Shown here: positions 37,901-50,600 of the stretch, piece by piece | Layout: the number at the start of each line of letters is the position of its first letter | Numbering within the stretch: the first letter of the stretch is position 1 | Source of the DNA: Eledone cirrhosa | Taxonomy: Eukaryota | Length of the DNA stretch: 64,000 bases | Assembly: GCA_964016885.1 (NCBI GenBank) | Contig: OZ024758.1 | Location: 8,370,001 to 8,434,000, forward strand | Direction: 5' to 3' | Made by a program: the position numbers and the translations under genes | The notes under the pieces: model-generated | What the model was told of the DNA's origin: nothing | The model's input: only the letters and a program-made list of their open reading frames with translations | The model's database searches: none

Positions 37901-40900
37901 AGAAATGGCATTTTTGTTGCTTACTGCCTTCGAGGTAAGGATTTCTTTTGTTTCACATATGAAGTGTTCTCTTGTAAAAGTTAAGGTTCCAGTCATCATC
38001 ATCATTGTTTAACGTACATTTTCCATACTTGGGTAGAACGTGCTGTCCCGTTGAGAGACAACCAGGCTGGAGGATTGTGTTTTGCTCACACAGAACTGAT
38101 TTTGGCTTGGTTTCTATGGCTGGATGCCCTTTCTAACGCCAACCACATTTACAGTGTGTACTTTTTGTCATGTCACCAACACAACCACTTTACAATGTGG
38201 ACTTTACAGTTTGTGCCAAGCACTTTTTGTCGTGTCAGCAACTCGACCACTTTACAGTGTGGGCTGGGTGCTTTTTTTCTGTGGCACTTACATAACCACA
38301 GTCTATATGATTGTTTTTCAAATTAGGTTTGAGTGGTATTAAAAGGCTGGTAAAAGCACTTAAATGTCTGAAAAAAAATAGCAACAACAAAAAATAGGTT
38401 ATTTGAGTAGTGAGAGGCTGAAGGAGATCAGATTTCAACAAAATATACACTATATACTCAAATATAAGTCCCCACTCCATTTTATGTCTGAGAAATAGGT
38501 GAAAAGCCAAACCCCATTTATAAACCAAAGCAGCTAATCCACACATTGTTTCGATGGCGTATATAAGCAAACCTCCCATTTTACCATTGATTCTTTTTTG
38601 GGGGGGGGGGTCACATGTTTCTCAGCTTATATTTTAGTAGAAATGGTAGTTATTTTTAGAGTGGTGCTGGATTGGATGCTTTTTGGTTTTAATTCTGTCA
38701 GTATTATTGACCTTTCACTCCTCAAAAAGTGTCAAAAAACAAGATTGTTGTGTCTAACGATGAGAAATTGTTTAAATCTTTTAAAATCTATGAGTTTTTA
38801 GCATTTAAGTTATACTTTCTTTTGAAAGGTTTATATTGTGATTAGCAAAATGCTTTTTACATATTCTTATAATTTCCAAGAAAAAGCATTTTTATATAAA
38901 ATAAAGAAAAAGAAATTATATAACACAGTTTTTTATTAACATTGATTCTGCTTTAATCTTGTTTTAATATTTACACAGGTAAATCTGGTGCTAATGTGCG
39001 CATAATTAACCGGAAAACTGCTGACAGGACATTATTAAAAGATTTCTGTGGACGTGTGACTGACTTGGCTTTTGCTTTTACTGATAAGATATTGCTTGCA
39101 GCTATTGATGAAATGGGAAACCTTTATATTCATCAAATTACTGGAGCCTCAGATGGCAAAATTCAGTATCCTTTTCTTAACATGTTTGATTGTGATTTAT
39201 TGGTTGAAATGAGTCATCACAAACACTATCTACTTAATCAGAGCTACTGTCCCCCCCCCCCCCCCCCCCCTGCCCCCAGATGTTCTGTTCTGGTTTTGGT
39301 TGAAATACTGTATTTGCTGGCCTATTGGACGCACTTTAAAAAACATTAAAAAATCTTCTCTACGTCCAATATGCCTGTATCACTGAATGGAAGGTGAGGG
39401 CAATCATGGTTTAAAAAATTTAGTTTGTATTACTATTAGTATTACTAATACAATATATATAATCTAAATGATGTTGAAAAACATTGAAATAATTTTTGAT
39501 AAATCTAGGAAGAAATGTACTAAAATTCTTGTCAATGTCAATGGATGGGTACAGGGACACTACATCCATGCTGCCTATTATGCAGTTGGTCAGCCAAATA
39601 TACCAAAATTCTTATTTTCTCAAAATGTCCTTGTAAAACCAGGGGGCATCTTATATGAAGGGGTGTCCAATAGGCCAGTAAATATGTTATAACTTCATAT
39701 CCATTAAAATGTGCATTTCTTTTTAATTTCAAAAGAAAACAAATTTTTTTCATAGCTCTAAAGTTATCTAAATTGAGCTATTTTTGTTGTTGTAAGGAGG
39801 GGTATTGTTTAGGTAAACTGAAGGTGTCACATTCATTTCTTTATTTCCATGTTGTTATATGGGTGAGTTCAATTCCTGGTGGCATGTTGTGTCTTTGAGC
39901 AAGACACTTTATTTCACGTTGCTCTAGTCCACTCGGCTGGCAAATTTGAGTTGTACCTGTGGTTCGAAGGGCCAGCCATGTCAATTTCTGTGTCACACTA
40001 AATCTTCCTGAGAACTATGTTAAGGGTACAGGTGTTTGTGCAATGCTCAGCCACTACAATGTTAATTTCACAAGCAGGCTGTTCCATTGATTGTATCAAC
40101 TGGAAGACTTGTCGTAACCAACTGAGTACCATTACTACTATTATATCGGAGAGGAGTTCTTGATAAATATTGAATATGTTTCCCTTAAATTATGCGATCA
40201 GATCTAAATTATTGTTGAACATTGTTTCCTACAATGATAACCAGTCAGAATTCCATAGAGTGTTCTGGTGTCCATACATTCCTGATGAATCTGAAGATGA
40301 CACTTCTCAAGATAACTCTTTTTCTAAGATGCTTCTTATTACTCACGGGGAAAAGGTAACTAGATATTGTCTTATTATATCCTCATTTGTTTTAACTTGA
40401 ATGTTTAATATAAATATTAAGCATTCAACTGTAGCTATTCAGAATTTAAAAAAGTCATTTTCAAGGTTTTAAATTTAATTAATTTTCACCTTTTCTTTAG
40501 GCTGAAATCTGGAATGTAGACATGGTATGTCAGAAATATGGCACAGTTAGTGTAATATCCAATGAAGTTACTTGTGGCGTGTTGCGAATCAACAGTCATA
40601 CGAAGCCTATTGCAGATGCAGCATTTTCACCAGATGGCTCAGCACTTGCTACAGCCAGTATGGATGGCATGGTTAAATTTTTCCAGATCACCATGAATGA
40701 AGGTCCATCTCCCAGGTAAGAGTTATTGATATTTTTATACTATCTAGATATTTAAATATGTGTCATATAAAATGCCTTTGCTGTGTTTGCACTTTATTAT
40801 GAGGTCAACTTATATAAGAAACCATTATTAAGTCAATTTAGTACCTTTGATCCTCCCGAGGGCCATAAAATAAAGTACTAGTCAAGTACTAGTGTAGATT

Positions 40901-43900
40901 TCATCAACTTTGACCTTCCTTCAAATTTGCTGGCCTTGTGCCTAAATTAGAAATCAATATTATCAAATATTTGTTGTCTAAAGGAAGAATCAAATTTTAA
41001 TATACTCAGAATTTAACATTCTTCATTCAAATATATTTTAGTCATCTACCAGTTTTCTTTCAACTGTAATATATTGGCTTTTTAATAATATTATGTTAGG
41101 ACTGTTTTATCATATATTGTATGTACTTGTTGAGGAATATGATAAAAAAAACCCAGACAAAATCAGTGGTGGTAGTGGTAGTGGGTTTGGCTTCTATTCT
41201 CCATCTAAACAATGTATTGATTAGCTGCCTTGGCTTATAAATGGGGTTTGGATTATTGCTCAATTCTCAGTCATAAAATAGGGGTTTCTGCTTATATTTG
41301 GATTGGTTTATATTCAAGTATATGTGGTAATTTGATAAAGACTTTTTACCACACAGTGCCCTTGTTTCTTACCGGCTAGGGAACTTCTGTATGCAGATGA
41401 TCTTACACTCATAGCTGCTTCTATGGTAGAACTAGAGAAGAAATTCTAAACATGGAAGCAGAGCCTAGAAAGAAGGGGTCTTTAAGTCAATCTGACAAAG
41501 ACTAAGGTCCTAGTAAGTAGAAAAGAAAAGAAAACCTAGATTCCCTCAGGGATGACCTTGCTCAGTGTGTAGGAAAGGTGTAGGTAGAAACTTTTTCCTC
41601 TGCCCCATATGCAAACTATAAGTAGACAAGAGGTGTAGTGGGATCTCAGGAAGTTTAGCTAAGAATGTAGGCTTTACATGTAGTAGTTGCACCGGGACTG
41701 TAAGCAGCAAACAACCATAGGAAACAAGCATTACCAAATTCTGAGAGGACTCGGTAGAAAAAGTAGATAGCTTCTGCTACCTAGGTGACCGATTTAGCAG
41801 TAGAGGTGGGTGTTCTGAAAGTACAGTAGCCAGAGTAAGAACAGGATGGAAGAAGTTCAGGGTGCTACTACCACTGCTAGCTACAAAAGGTTTTTCCTTC
41901 AAAATGAAAGGCAGAATGTATGATGCGTGCATGGTAGTGAGATGTTACATGGTAGTGAGACATGGGTGCTGTGTGCAGAAACCTTGCGGAAGGTGGGAAA
42001 GAAATTAAGCTTGCATGCTCCGTAAGTATCTCAACAAAAGCACCCAGCTCACACGGTAAAGTACTCATTACTCACTGTAAATGAGCTTGGCGCTAGGAAA
42101 GGTATCCAAGCCAAAATCAGTTCTGTATAAGCAAGGCATGGTCACCTGACCTAGCATTGCCCACATCAGGACCTATGGTAGCATGGAAGATGGTGATATG
42201 ATTGAGGTTAATTACTAACAAGGTTTAGCAAGTTCAATATATTGAATTTTAGTATTGCAAGTTGTATATATTGTTTTAAACACCAAACTAGTAATTCTTG
42301 TAATTTCAGAAGACTCCATGAGTGGTCACCTCATGGTGGACACCCACTTTCTTGTCTCTTCTTTCTTGATGATCACCAGAATCCTCATCCTGAGTGAGTA
42401 TACAATAGTGTTTCTATTTCTTCAGATTCTCTTAATTATTATGTTAGTAATAAAGATGTATGCATGTGTGTGTATGTGTAATATATAAGCAGTGACATTT
42501 GTTTATGTTTCTCATAAGCAAAAGTCCCCCATGGCTCAGTAGTTCAGCGTGCAAAGATCATTACTTTTATTGAAGTAAGGGTTAGTATCAAGAGGAGCAC
42601 CCAGTGGTTGAATACTATCTCAGAAAGCCAATTCATGTACGTTTATAAAGTAAGATTAAAGTTTGAAAAGCTGCCTGTTTGCAAGCAACCATTCTTGTGT
42701 TTCTTCGTAATCGGTGAGCTAATTACAGGCCATTACTCACACAGAGGTAAAATGATGATGGTAGCAAGTAATTTCACTTAGAAGGCTTTGGTTGAGCTGA
42801 GGCTATACCAGAAATCACTTGCTCAAAGTATTGTGGAGGTGTGTGGCCTAGTGGCAAGGGTGTTGAATTTATTATCATAACCTCATGGGTTCAATTTCTG
42901 GACTGGGTTGTGTGATGTGTTCTTAAACAAAACACTTCATTTCACATTGCTCCTGTATACTCAGCTGAAAATGAGTACCAGCAGCAATAGCTGGGAGTTT
43001 AACCCTGCAATGGACTGGCATCCTGTCCAGGAGGAAGTCTTGTACTGTCAGTCACTTCATGCCATGGAAACCGGGAATAAGCACTGGCCTCTTGAGTCTC
43101 CTGGTTCAAGACACTTTAGAGTATCTTGGTAGTGAAATCATATCTGGAACTATATAGTTGTCAGCCCGTGCCTACCTTAAACCAAATTATTAAATTGTTT
43201 TATTTATATGACATTCTACATTTTTTTCTTTGATCAGCGTCTCATTTTGGAAGTATGCTGTTACAGGAGGTAACTACAATCAAGAATTGAAAGTGTGGAG
43301 TTGTGTCTCCTGGACCTGTTTACAAACAATTAGGTACGTACATATCTTTGTAATTTATATAAATATATATATATATATAGTCATCATCATCATTGTTTAA
43401 TGCCCATTTTCCATGCTAACATGGGTTGGATGGGCTGTCCCATTTGAGGTAAGTTTGGTCAGGAGCCTGTGTTTACTCATATAGGACTGTTTCTGGATGC
43501 TCTTCCTAATGCCACCACATCTACAGTGTGGGCTGGGTGCTTTTTGTTGTGGCACCTACACAACCACTTTACAGTGTGGGCTGGTTGCTTTTGTTGTGAC
43601 ACCTACACGACCACTTTACAGTGTGGGCTGGGTATTTTTGTTGTGGCACCTACACAACCACATTACAGTGTGGGCTGGGTATTTTTGTTGTGGCACCTAC
43701 ACAACCACATTACAGTGTGGGCTGGGTACTTTTTGTCGTGGCACTTACACGACCACTTTACAGTGTGGGCTGGATATATTTTGTTCACAGTGTAAGAGTG
43801 GTGTGAACATGACTGGGTGGGGCTTTAGTGGTTAAGAGGTATAGTGCTTACTAGGTGTATGTTTGAGTCTGTGTACAAGGGAAGGCGGGTTTTCTGTATT

Positions 43901-44571
43901 ACTTCGTAATGCCAAAGATCTTGATCCTGTGTCATTGTCTTTGAGATGTTAACTTTAAGTCCTTTTAATTCTAGGCCATACTTTTAGGTTTGGAATTTCT
44001 TCTCTAGTTTTGCCATAGATTCAGCTATGAGAGTTAGATCATCTGCATACAAAAGTTCCCCTTGGCTGCCAGTCTTAAACTCTTCTGTTATAGCCTGTAG
44101 GGCAATAATAAACAGCAGGAGGCTAAGGACAGAGCTTCGATGCACACCTACCTGTATGCTAAATTCTTCACTACATTGTAAATTCTAATCTTGCTGACTG
44201 TTCCTCTAAACATGGCTTGTACAGCTTTCACAAGCCACTCATCTACTCCTAGTTTTGTAAGAGCCCACTAGATAATTGTACCAGGGAGTCTATCAAAGGT
44301 TTTCTCCAGGTCAACAAAGGTTAAGTAGAGGGGTTTATGTTTAGCTAGGTACTTCTCTTGCAATTGCCTTACAAGAAAGAGGGCATACATTGTATTTTTA
44401 CCTGACACAAATCCAAACTGCATTTCATCAAGGTTAATTTGGTCCCTCATCAGCTGTGTGACGACTCTTTTGGTGACCTTCATAACCTGGTCAACCAACT
44501 TAATGTCTCTATAGTTTTCTCTGTCTAGAGCATCTGAATTTCTACTTGCTCAACCTTGTAGCAGTTATAAA

Positions 44572-44602
<31 letters not shown>

Positions 44603-47600
44603 CAGTTTTTTCTTAAAACCTTGAACCATGTATAGTTCTTTCTATGTTTTATTTATTACTGTATTTGACAGCTTATAAGATGTACTTTTTTTTACAAAAA
44701 ATGTCCCAGAAAATCACCCTGCATCTTATAAGGTCTTGGGTTACTGGTTAGTGGAGTTCTAGGGCTGCTGTGGCCCTTAAATTAAGTTGCAAATGTTTCC
44801 GTAAATGTAACCAAGGTAGCAGTTGCTTCTATATTAACAATAGCTACAATTTTAATGAATTTATCTTGAATAAAATAAATTTATTTTCACTTTTGTTTTT
44901 AAAATGTACCTAAATATTTCAACAAAAAATATGATGTAAAGAATAAAGTAAATTTATTTTCACACTTCTTTATGTTTTAAAATATTACAACTAGAATTAT
45001 GATGTAGAATGATAATTAAAAAAAAAAATGATATACAAAGTTTATATTCTTAACTTAACATTCATAGTTTAAACCCATTTTTTTAAAAAATGCCTGCCCA
45101 AATTGATGTGCGTCTTGAATGCTGTCAGATATAGTAATTTACATTTTCCTTTCGTATGTAGAATTTATATTCTATTTTCAAATGAAATGAAGTGAAGTTG
45201 TTAAATGCAATTTGTTTTTTTGCAGCTATGTTTATAACAAATATTTTTCATTGACAGATTCTTAGATCCTCCGTCGCATCTTGACTCCAAAGCTGACCTT
45301 TGCATGAAAGTCGCATTAGATTTAAGTGCACGATATTTAGTTCTAACAGATTTCCGCCGCAAAGTAAGTTACATCTTTTCTTATGAAGCTTTAATATTTT
45401 AATATTTAAAATGTTTTAAGTGTTGTTTAGAGTATAATTTTTGTCTCACAACTCCATTATGTAATGATTTTTTTTAAAAGCAATTTCTGACCGTTTTGAA
45501 GGCCATATTAATTTAAAACACATAAAAAACAATAGGAAATATGAATTTCACATTGAAAGTGAAACCAGTGTAATATCCACCCCCAAAGTGAAACTGGTGT
45601 AATATCCACCCTCAAAGTGAAACCAGTGTCATATCCACCTCCAAAGTGAAAATATTCACCTTGAATATAAGGTGACACCCAAATTTTACCATCAAATCTT
45701 TTTTTTTTTCCTGTCACATATATTTTGGCTTATATACGAGTATATGCTGTAAATGATTTTTGTTTTATATTTTCTAAAGAAACTGTTAAATATTTTCTAT
45801 TTAGGTTCTATACATTTTGAACTTGCATCAAGACCACAAAGCTGAAACTGTTTATATATCATCAATTTCTGAATTTCTACTTGCTCAACCATGTCTTAGT
45901 TTTGCTATACTTGATGCCCGTTCTGAAAAATTCCGTCAGTCTCTTGAAGATGACACATTTCTTGAAGAACTGACCACTGGTATGACATTTTTTTCTATTA
46001 ATTTTTGTTAAATTAATTTGACTTGACTATGATTTTTATTTTGTTTCTGATTTTATTTTGTCAGGGATCACTTTTGTAAATTTGAATTTTTTTCATCTAA
46101 ACAAATACATCATTGACTTGAATGATTTTCTTTTTTTCTTGAAGGAGAAATTGAGCAGGATAATTCTAAAAAACTATTTGAGGATGAAGATGGTACAATA
46201 GTTGATGGTGTTCTTGTTGAGCTGTATGCTGTTCATAGCACGTAAGTATACTGTTTCATTGTTTAACTCACAAACAATTATTATAAAAGAAGAGCTGTTT
46301 CTCTCTCTGTGTCACACTTATATGTATGTTATATAAGACTAGGAGTGAAAAGGGGAAGAAATTGTTTTTTAAGTTGAGAGGGGATATAACTTATGTTATG
46401 TTTATAGTTTATTGCAAGCTTAACAATCTACAAGTGTTAGAGGTAATAAGGTATAGATCTGTAGGAGGTGGTGGTGGTGGTGGGGAGACAGCTCATTGTT
46501 CTAGTTATATATGTAAGTATATTAATTTCTTATATACCAAAATATATCCACTTTTTATATTCTAAGATATATCCATTTCAATGGCTTGCTACTTTTTTCC
46601 TTTTTCAGAATATTACAAGAGCTTCATATACGATTTAAAACTGAAGTTGCTCAATCTGACAGTGAAGTTCAGGCTGTTGGTTCTTCATCACAAGATGAGA
46701 TAGGTAAGAGTGATGAGAATTTAATTATCATCATCATCATCATCATCATCGTTTTTATGTCCGTTTTTCCACACTTGCATGGGTTGGATGGTTCCTTTTC
46801 AGTGCAGCATCTCTCCACTCACTGCATTCCTTTGTCATCTCTTCTGTGAGTCTCGGCGATTTGAGATCAGCTTTCACCACCTCTGCCCACGTCTTTCTTG
46901 GTCTACCTCTACTGCAGCTTTCTTCCACTGGGATTTCCAAAGTGATCTGATATTGATACCAAATATGAGGGTCAGCTGAAAAGTTCATAAGCTGACCAAA
47001 TGAGGTTTATTTTTTAACATAGTCTCTGGAAAGAAATAATGCAGTTAGTAATAAGAAGAGTTGAAATTAATGCATGCAAGATTTCACAGCTCTAGCATCA
47101 ATCCTTTATAGGCCTATGAACCTTTCAGCCCAGAAACAGTTCTGTATGAACAACACATAGTCATCTAACCCATGCTAGTGTGGAAAAATGGATGTTAAAT
47201 GGTGATAAAGCATTGCATTATTCTATTTAGATGAGATCATTACATTTATGCTTCAATCAATGTAGATGAAAATAAATATTGTTGCTCTCATTTAAAAAAA
47301 AGTATATTTGAAAAATGTTTTTTTTTATTTTTAGTGTTAAAAGATGGACTTTCTGATGTCAGTAATATTATGGATTCATCCGTCCCTGATTCCAGTGAGT
47401 CTTCTCGGGGAGAAAAAGCTCCTGTGCTTCTCACACCAGATGCCTTTACCAGGTTAATATTTAATATTTCCCTTCAGTTCATAGTACTTTTGTGTTTATG
47501 GGTTGAAACACTTGCTTGAGGAAGGGTGGGGCTTCTTCTCTGAAGACCTTCTGCTGTCTAGCTCTCTTCGGAGTTTCTTCTCTGAAGATCTGTTGTCCAG

Positions 47601-50600
47601 CTCTTCTTAGAGTTTTCTTCTCTGAAGACCTTCTGGCCAGCTCTCCTGAGAGTTTCTTCTCTGAAGACCTTCTGCTGTCCAGCTCTCCTGAGAGTTTCTT
47701 CTCTGAAGACCTTCTGCTGTCCAGCTCTCTTGACAGTTTCTTCTCTGAAGACCTTCTGTTGTCCAGCTCTCCTGAGAGTTTCTTCTCTGAAGACCTTTTG
47801 TTGTCCAGCTCCTGACAGTTTCTTCTCTGAAGACCTTCTGCTGTCCAGCTCTCTTGACAGTTTCTTCTCTGAAGACCTTCTGCTGTCCAGCTCTCCTGAC
47901 AGTTTCTTCTCTGAAGACCTTCTGTTGTCCAGCTCTCCTGAGAGTTTCTTCTCTGAAGACCTTTTGTTGTCCAGCTCCTGACAGTTTCTTCTCTGAAGAC
48001 CTTCTGCTGTCCAGCTCTCTTGACAGTTTCTTCTCTGAAGACCTTCTGCTGTCCAGCTCTCCCGACAGTTTCTTCTCTGAAGACCTTCTACTGTCCAGCT
48101 CTCCTGACAGTTTCTTCTCTGAAGACCTTCTACTGTCCAGCTCTCCTGACAGTTTCTTCTCTGAAGACCTTCTGTTGTCCAGCTCTCCTGAGAGTTTCTT
48201 CTCTGAAGACCTTCTGTTGTCCAGCTCTCCCGACAGTTTCTTCTCTGAAGACCTTCTACTGTCCAGCTCTCCTGACAGTTTCTTCTCTGAAGACCTTCTA
48301 CTGTCCAGCTCTCCTGACAGTTTCTTCTCTGAAGACCTTCTGTTGTCCAGCTCTCCTGAGAGTTTCTTCTCTGAAGACCTTCTGTTGTCCAGCTCTCCTG
48401 ACAGTTTCTTCTCTGAAGACCTTCTGCTGTCCAGCTCTCCTGACAGTTTCTTCTCTGAAGACCTTCTGCTGTCCAGCTCTCCTCAGAGTTTCTTCTCTGA
48501 AGACCTTCTGCTGTCCAGCTCTCCTCAGAGTTTCTTACCACTTCTGCCTTTACATTAGAAATGAAATACTAATATAAATTCGAGATGAAAGATGGATTCT
48601 GCTTCTTCTGTTCAAATTAATATTTGGTTTGATATTTGTTCTTTTAATAATAGTACACCTTTATTTTTCAGTAAACCCTACTCTCTTCAAACTATTTCTG
48701 CAAACAGCAGTTTTACTCAAGTTTCTGCTTTGGAGGATAGTACAGAATGTCACCCTTTAGCAGCAGGTGTGGGAAGAAATGGCAGTGGTGATACTGTTGC
48801 TCCTGCTGCTGTTAGTGCAGCAGCTGCCTGTAATAGTACTGTGGCACATACCTCCAGTTCTAATACCAATTTAGTCTCCTCACAATCCCCACATAAAGAG
48901 CCTAACTTGTCTGCGGTGTCCACCATCTCTCCTGCAGTTTCTATTGACTCCTCTCATTCACCAGTTGTAGCTAATCGGTCATTACCAACAATCTTCACAG
49001 AACCAACTAAGATCAGTGTTGAAGAATTATTCAAGATGAGTCAGCAAGTTTCAGTAAGCATTTTTTTTTTTGTTATTTCTTTTTGTTAAATAAAATAAAA
49101 TAAAATACAGTGTGAAAAACTGTGTGGCCCCAGTTTAGAATAGGTACATTGTATCCTTATATGTTGCAAGAGGCAACTAACAGGGTTGGCACCAGGAAGG
49201 GCATTCCAGCTGTAAAACATTGCTTCAAAAAGGACCCCATAATGTACATGAAGACTATCATGGGGCCTGCAAGGCTAATGCCTGATTTTGTTGGGAAAAT
49301 AGCCTAAAAACGATTGTTGTTGTTGTGTTGTAAAATATCTGTGTCCGTATTGCTCTAAAGATATTCAAGATGAACTGTTGTACTTATCATCATCATCATC
49401 GTTGAATCTATAGAGATACCTGTGGATTAACTTTAACTCAATATCTATGAATATATGATCCTGTAAGGGGTGCCGTGGTAGCATACAGCATTTCTTGGGC
49501 ATTTTAAACCTGGCAGAATCCATCCCTCTTCCAGTCTGAACACGGCAGATTTCTTCCAGAGAAAGATAGAGAAAGTGAGTTAATTCAATATAAGAATGAC
49601 AAAAAACTTGATTACATAATGTATCTGACTTGGAAATGCCCTATCTTTGTCTCTAAAAATGGGTTTGTTAATTCAAATATTCGTAGTATGTTTACTATTG
49701 GACAGAAAGTTGTGAAAATTTGCAATATTAAACACTCTTATTTTGTATGTGATACAGCCATAGTATGTGATATAGCCATAGTATGTGATACAGCCATAGT
49801 ATGTGATATAGCCATAGTATGTGATACAGCCATAGTATGTGATATAGCCATAGTATGTGATATAGCCATAGTATGTGATACAGCCATAGTATGTGATATA
49901 GCCATAGTATGTGATACAGCCATAGTATGTGATACAGCCATAGTATGTGATACAGCCATAGTACTATTTTGTACTTTTCAAGAATGTCTTACTAGTGTCA
50001 ATTCATGTGATACAGGATGTTAACATTTAATTCGTGGCACAAGCAATATACTTAGTTTGAAATACTTTCAATAAGAGAATTCTTCATTCTAACTTTTTCT
50101 TATATAGGTTTCTCAGCATGAAACTCAGATCCCTGGCTCATCTTGGAAATCAATAGCCATCGATTCAGTTTTGATTTAGTCTATATCGACCCATCTAACC
50201 CTTGCTAGCAGGGAAAGTGGATGTTAAAACGATTGCAATGATGAATATTTGTTTTTATTTGTTGTTCTTATATCAGTTTCTTTTTTTGCTTCAGCAAGTA
50301 GCTGTGGTTGCAAGCTCTTCCATTACCAGTTCGGTTAGCTTGGAAGGAGAACAAGCATTTATCAAAACAAGGCGAAAAGACTTTGATGACGCTGATAAAG
50401 AAGTTGCTGAAGTAATGGGTGATAAGCATGTTGCAGATGAAGTCGATGTAGAAGTATCTCCACTGGAAATTCAGACAAGTAATATTGCTACAGAATCTAA
50501 AGTTACGGCAAAGATATCTCCAAGAGAGTGGCCCAAACCACCAGATGTCACCTCTGATGGGCCTAGAATCGTATCAGAAAAAGTGCGCAATATGTAAGTA

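Noticed and set aside
47516-48577. Long ORFs (327 aa, 234 aa, 185 aa) and a CRISPR-like periodic appearance
   Set aside because: Products of a 42-bp tandem repeat with no unique spacers, in a eukaryotic intron with no cas genes. The CTGAAGA in each unit has no GAAA partner on the same strand, so it is not a hammerhead array.
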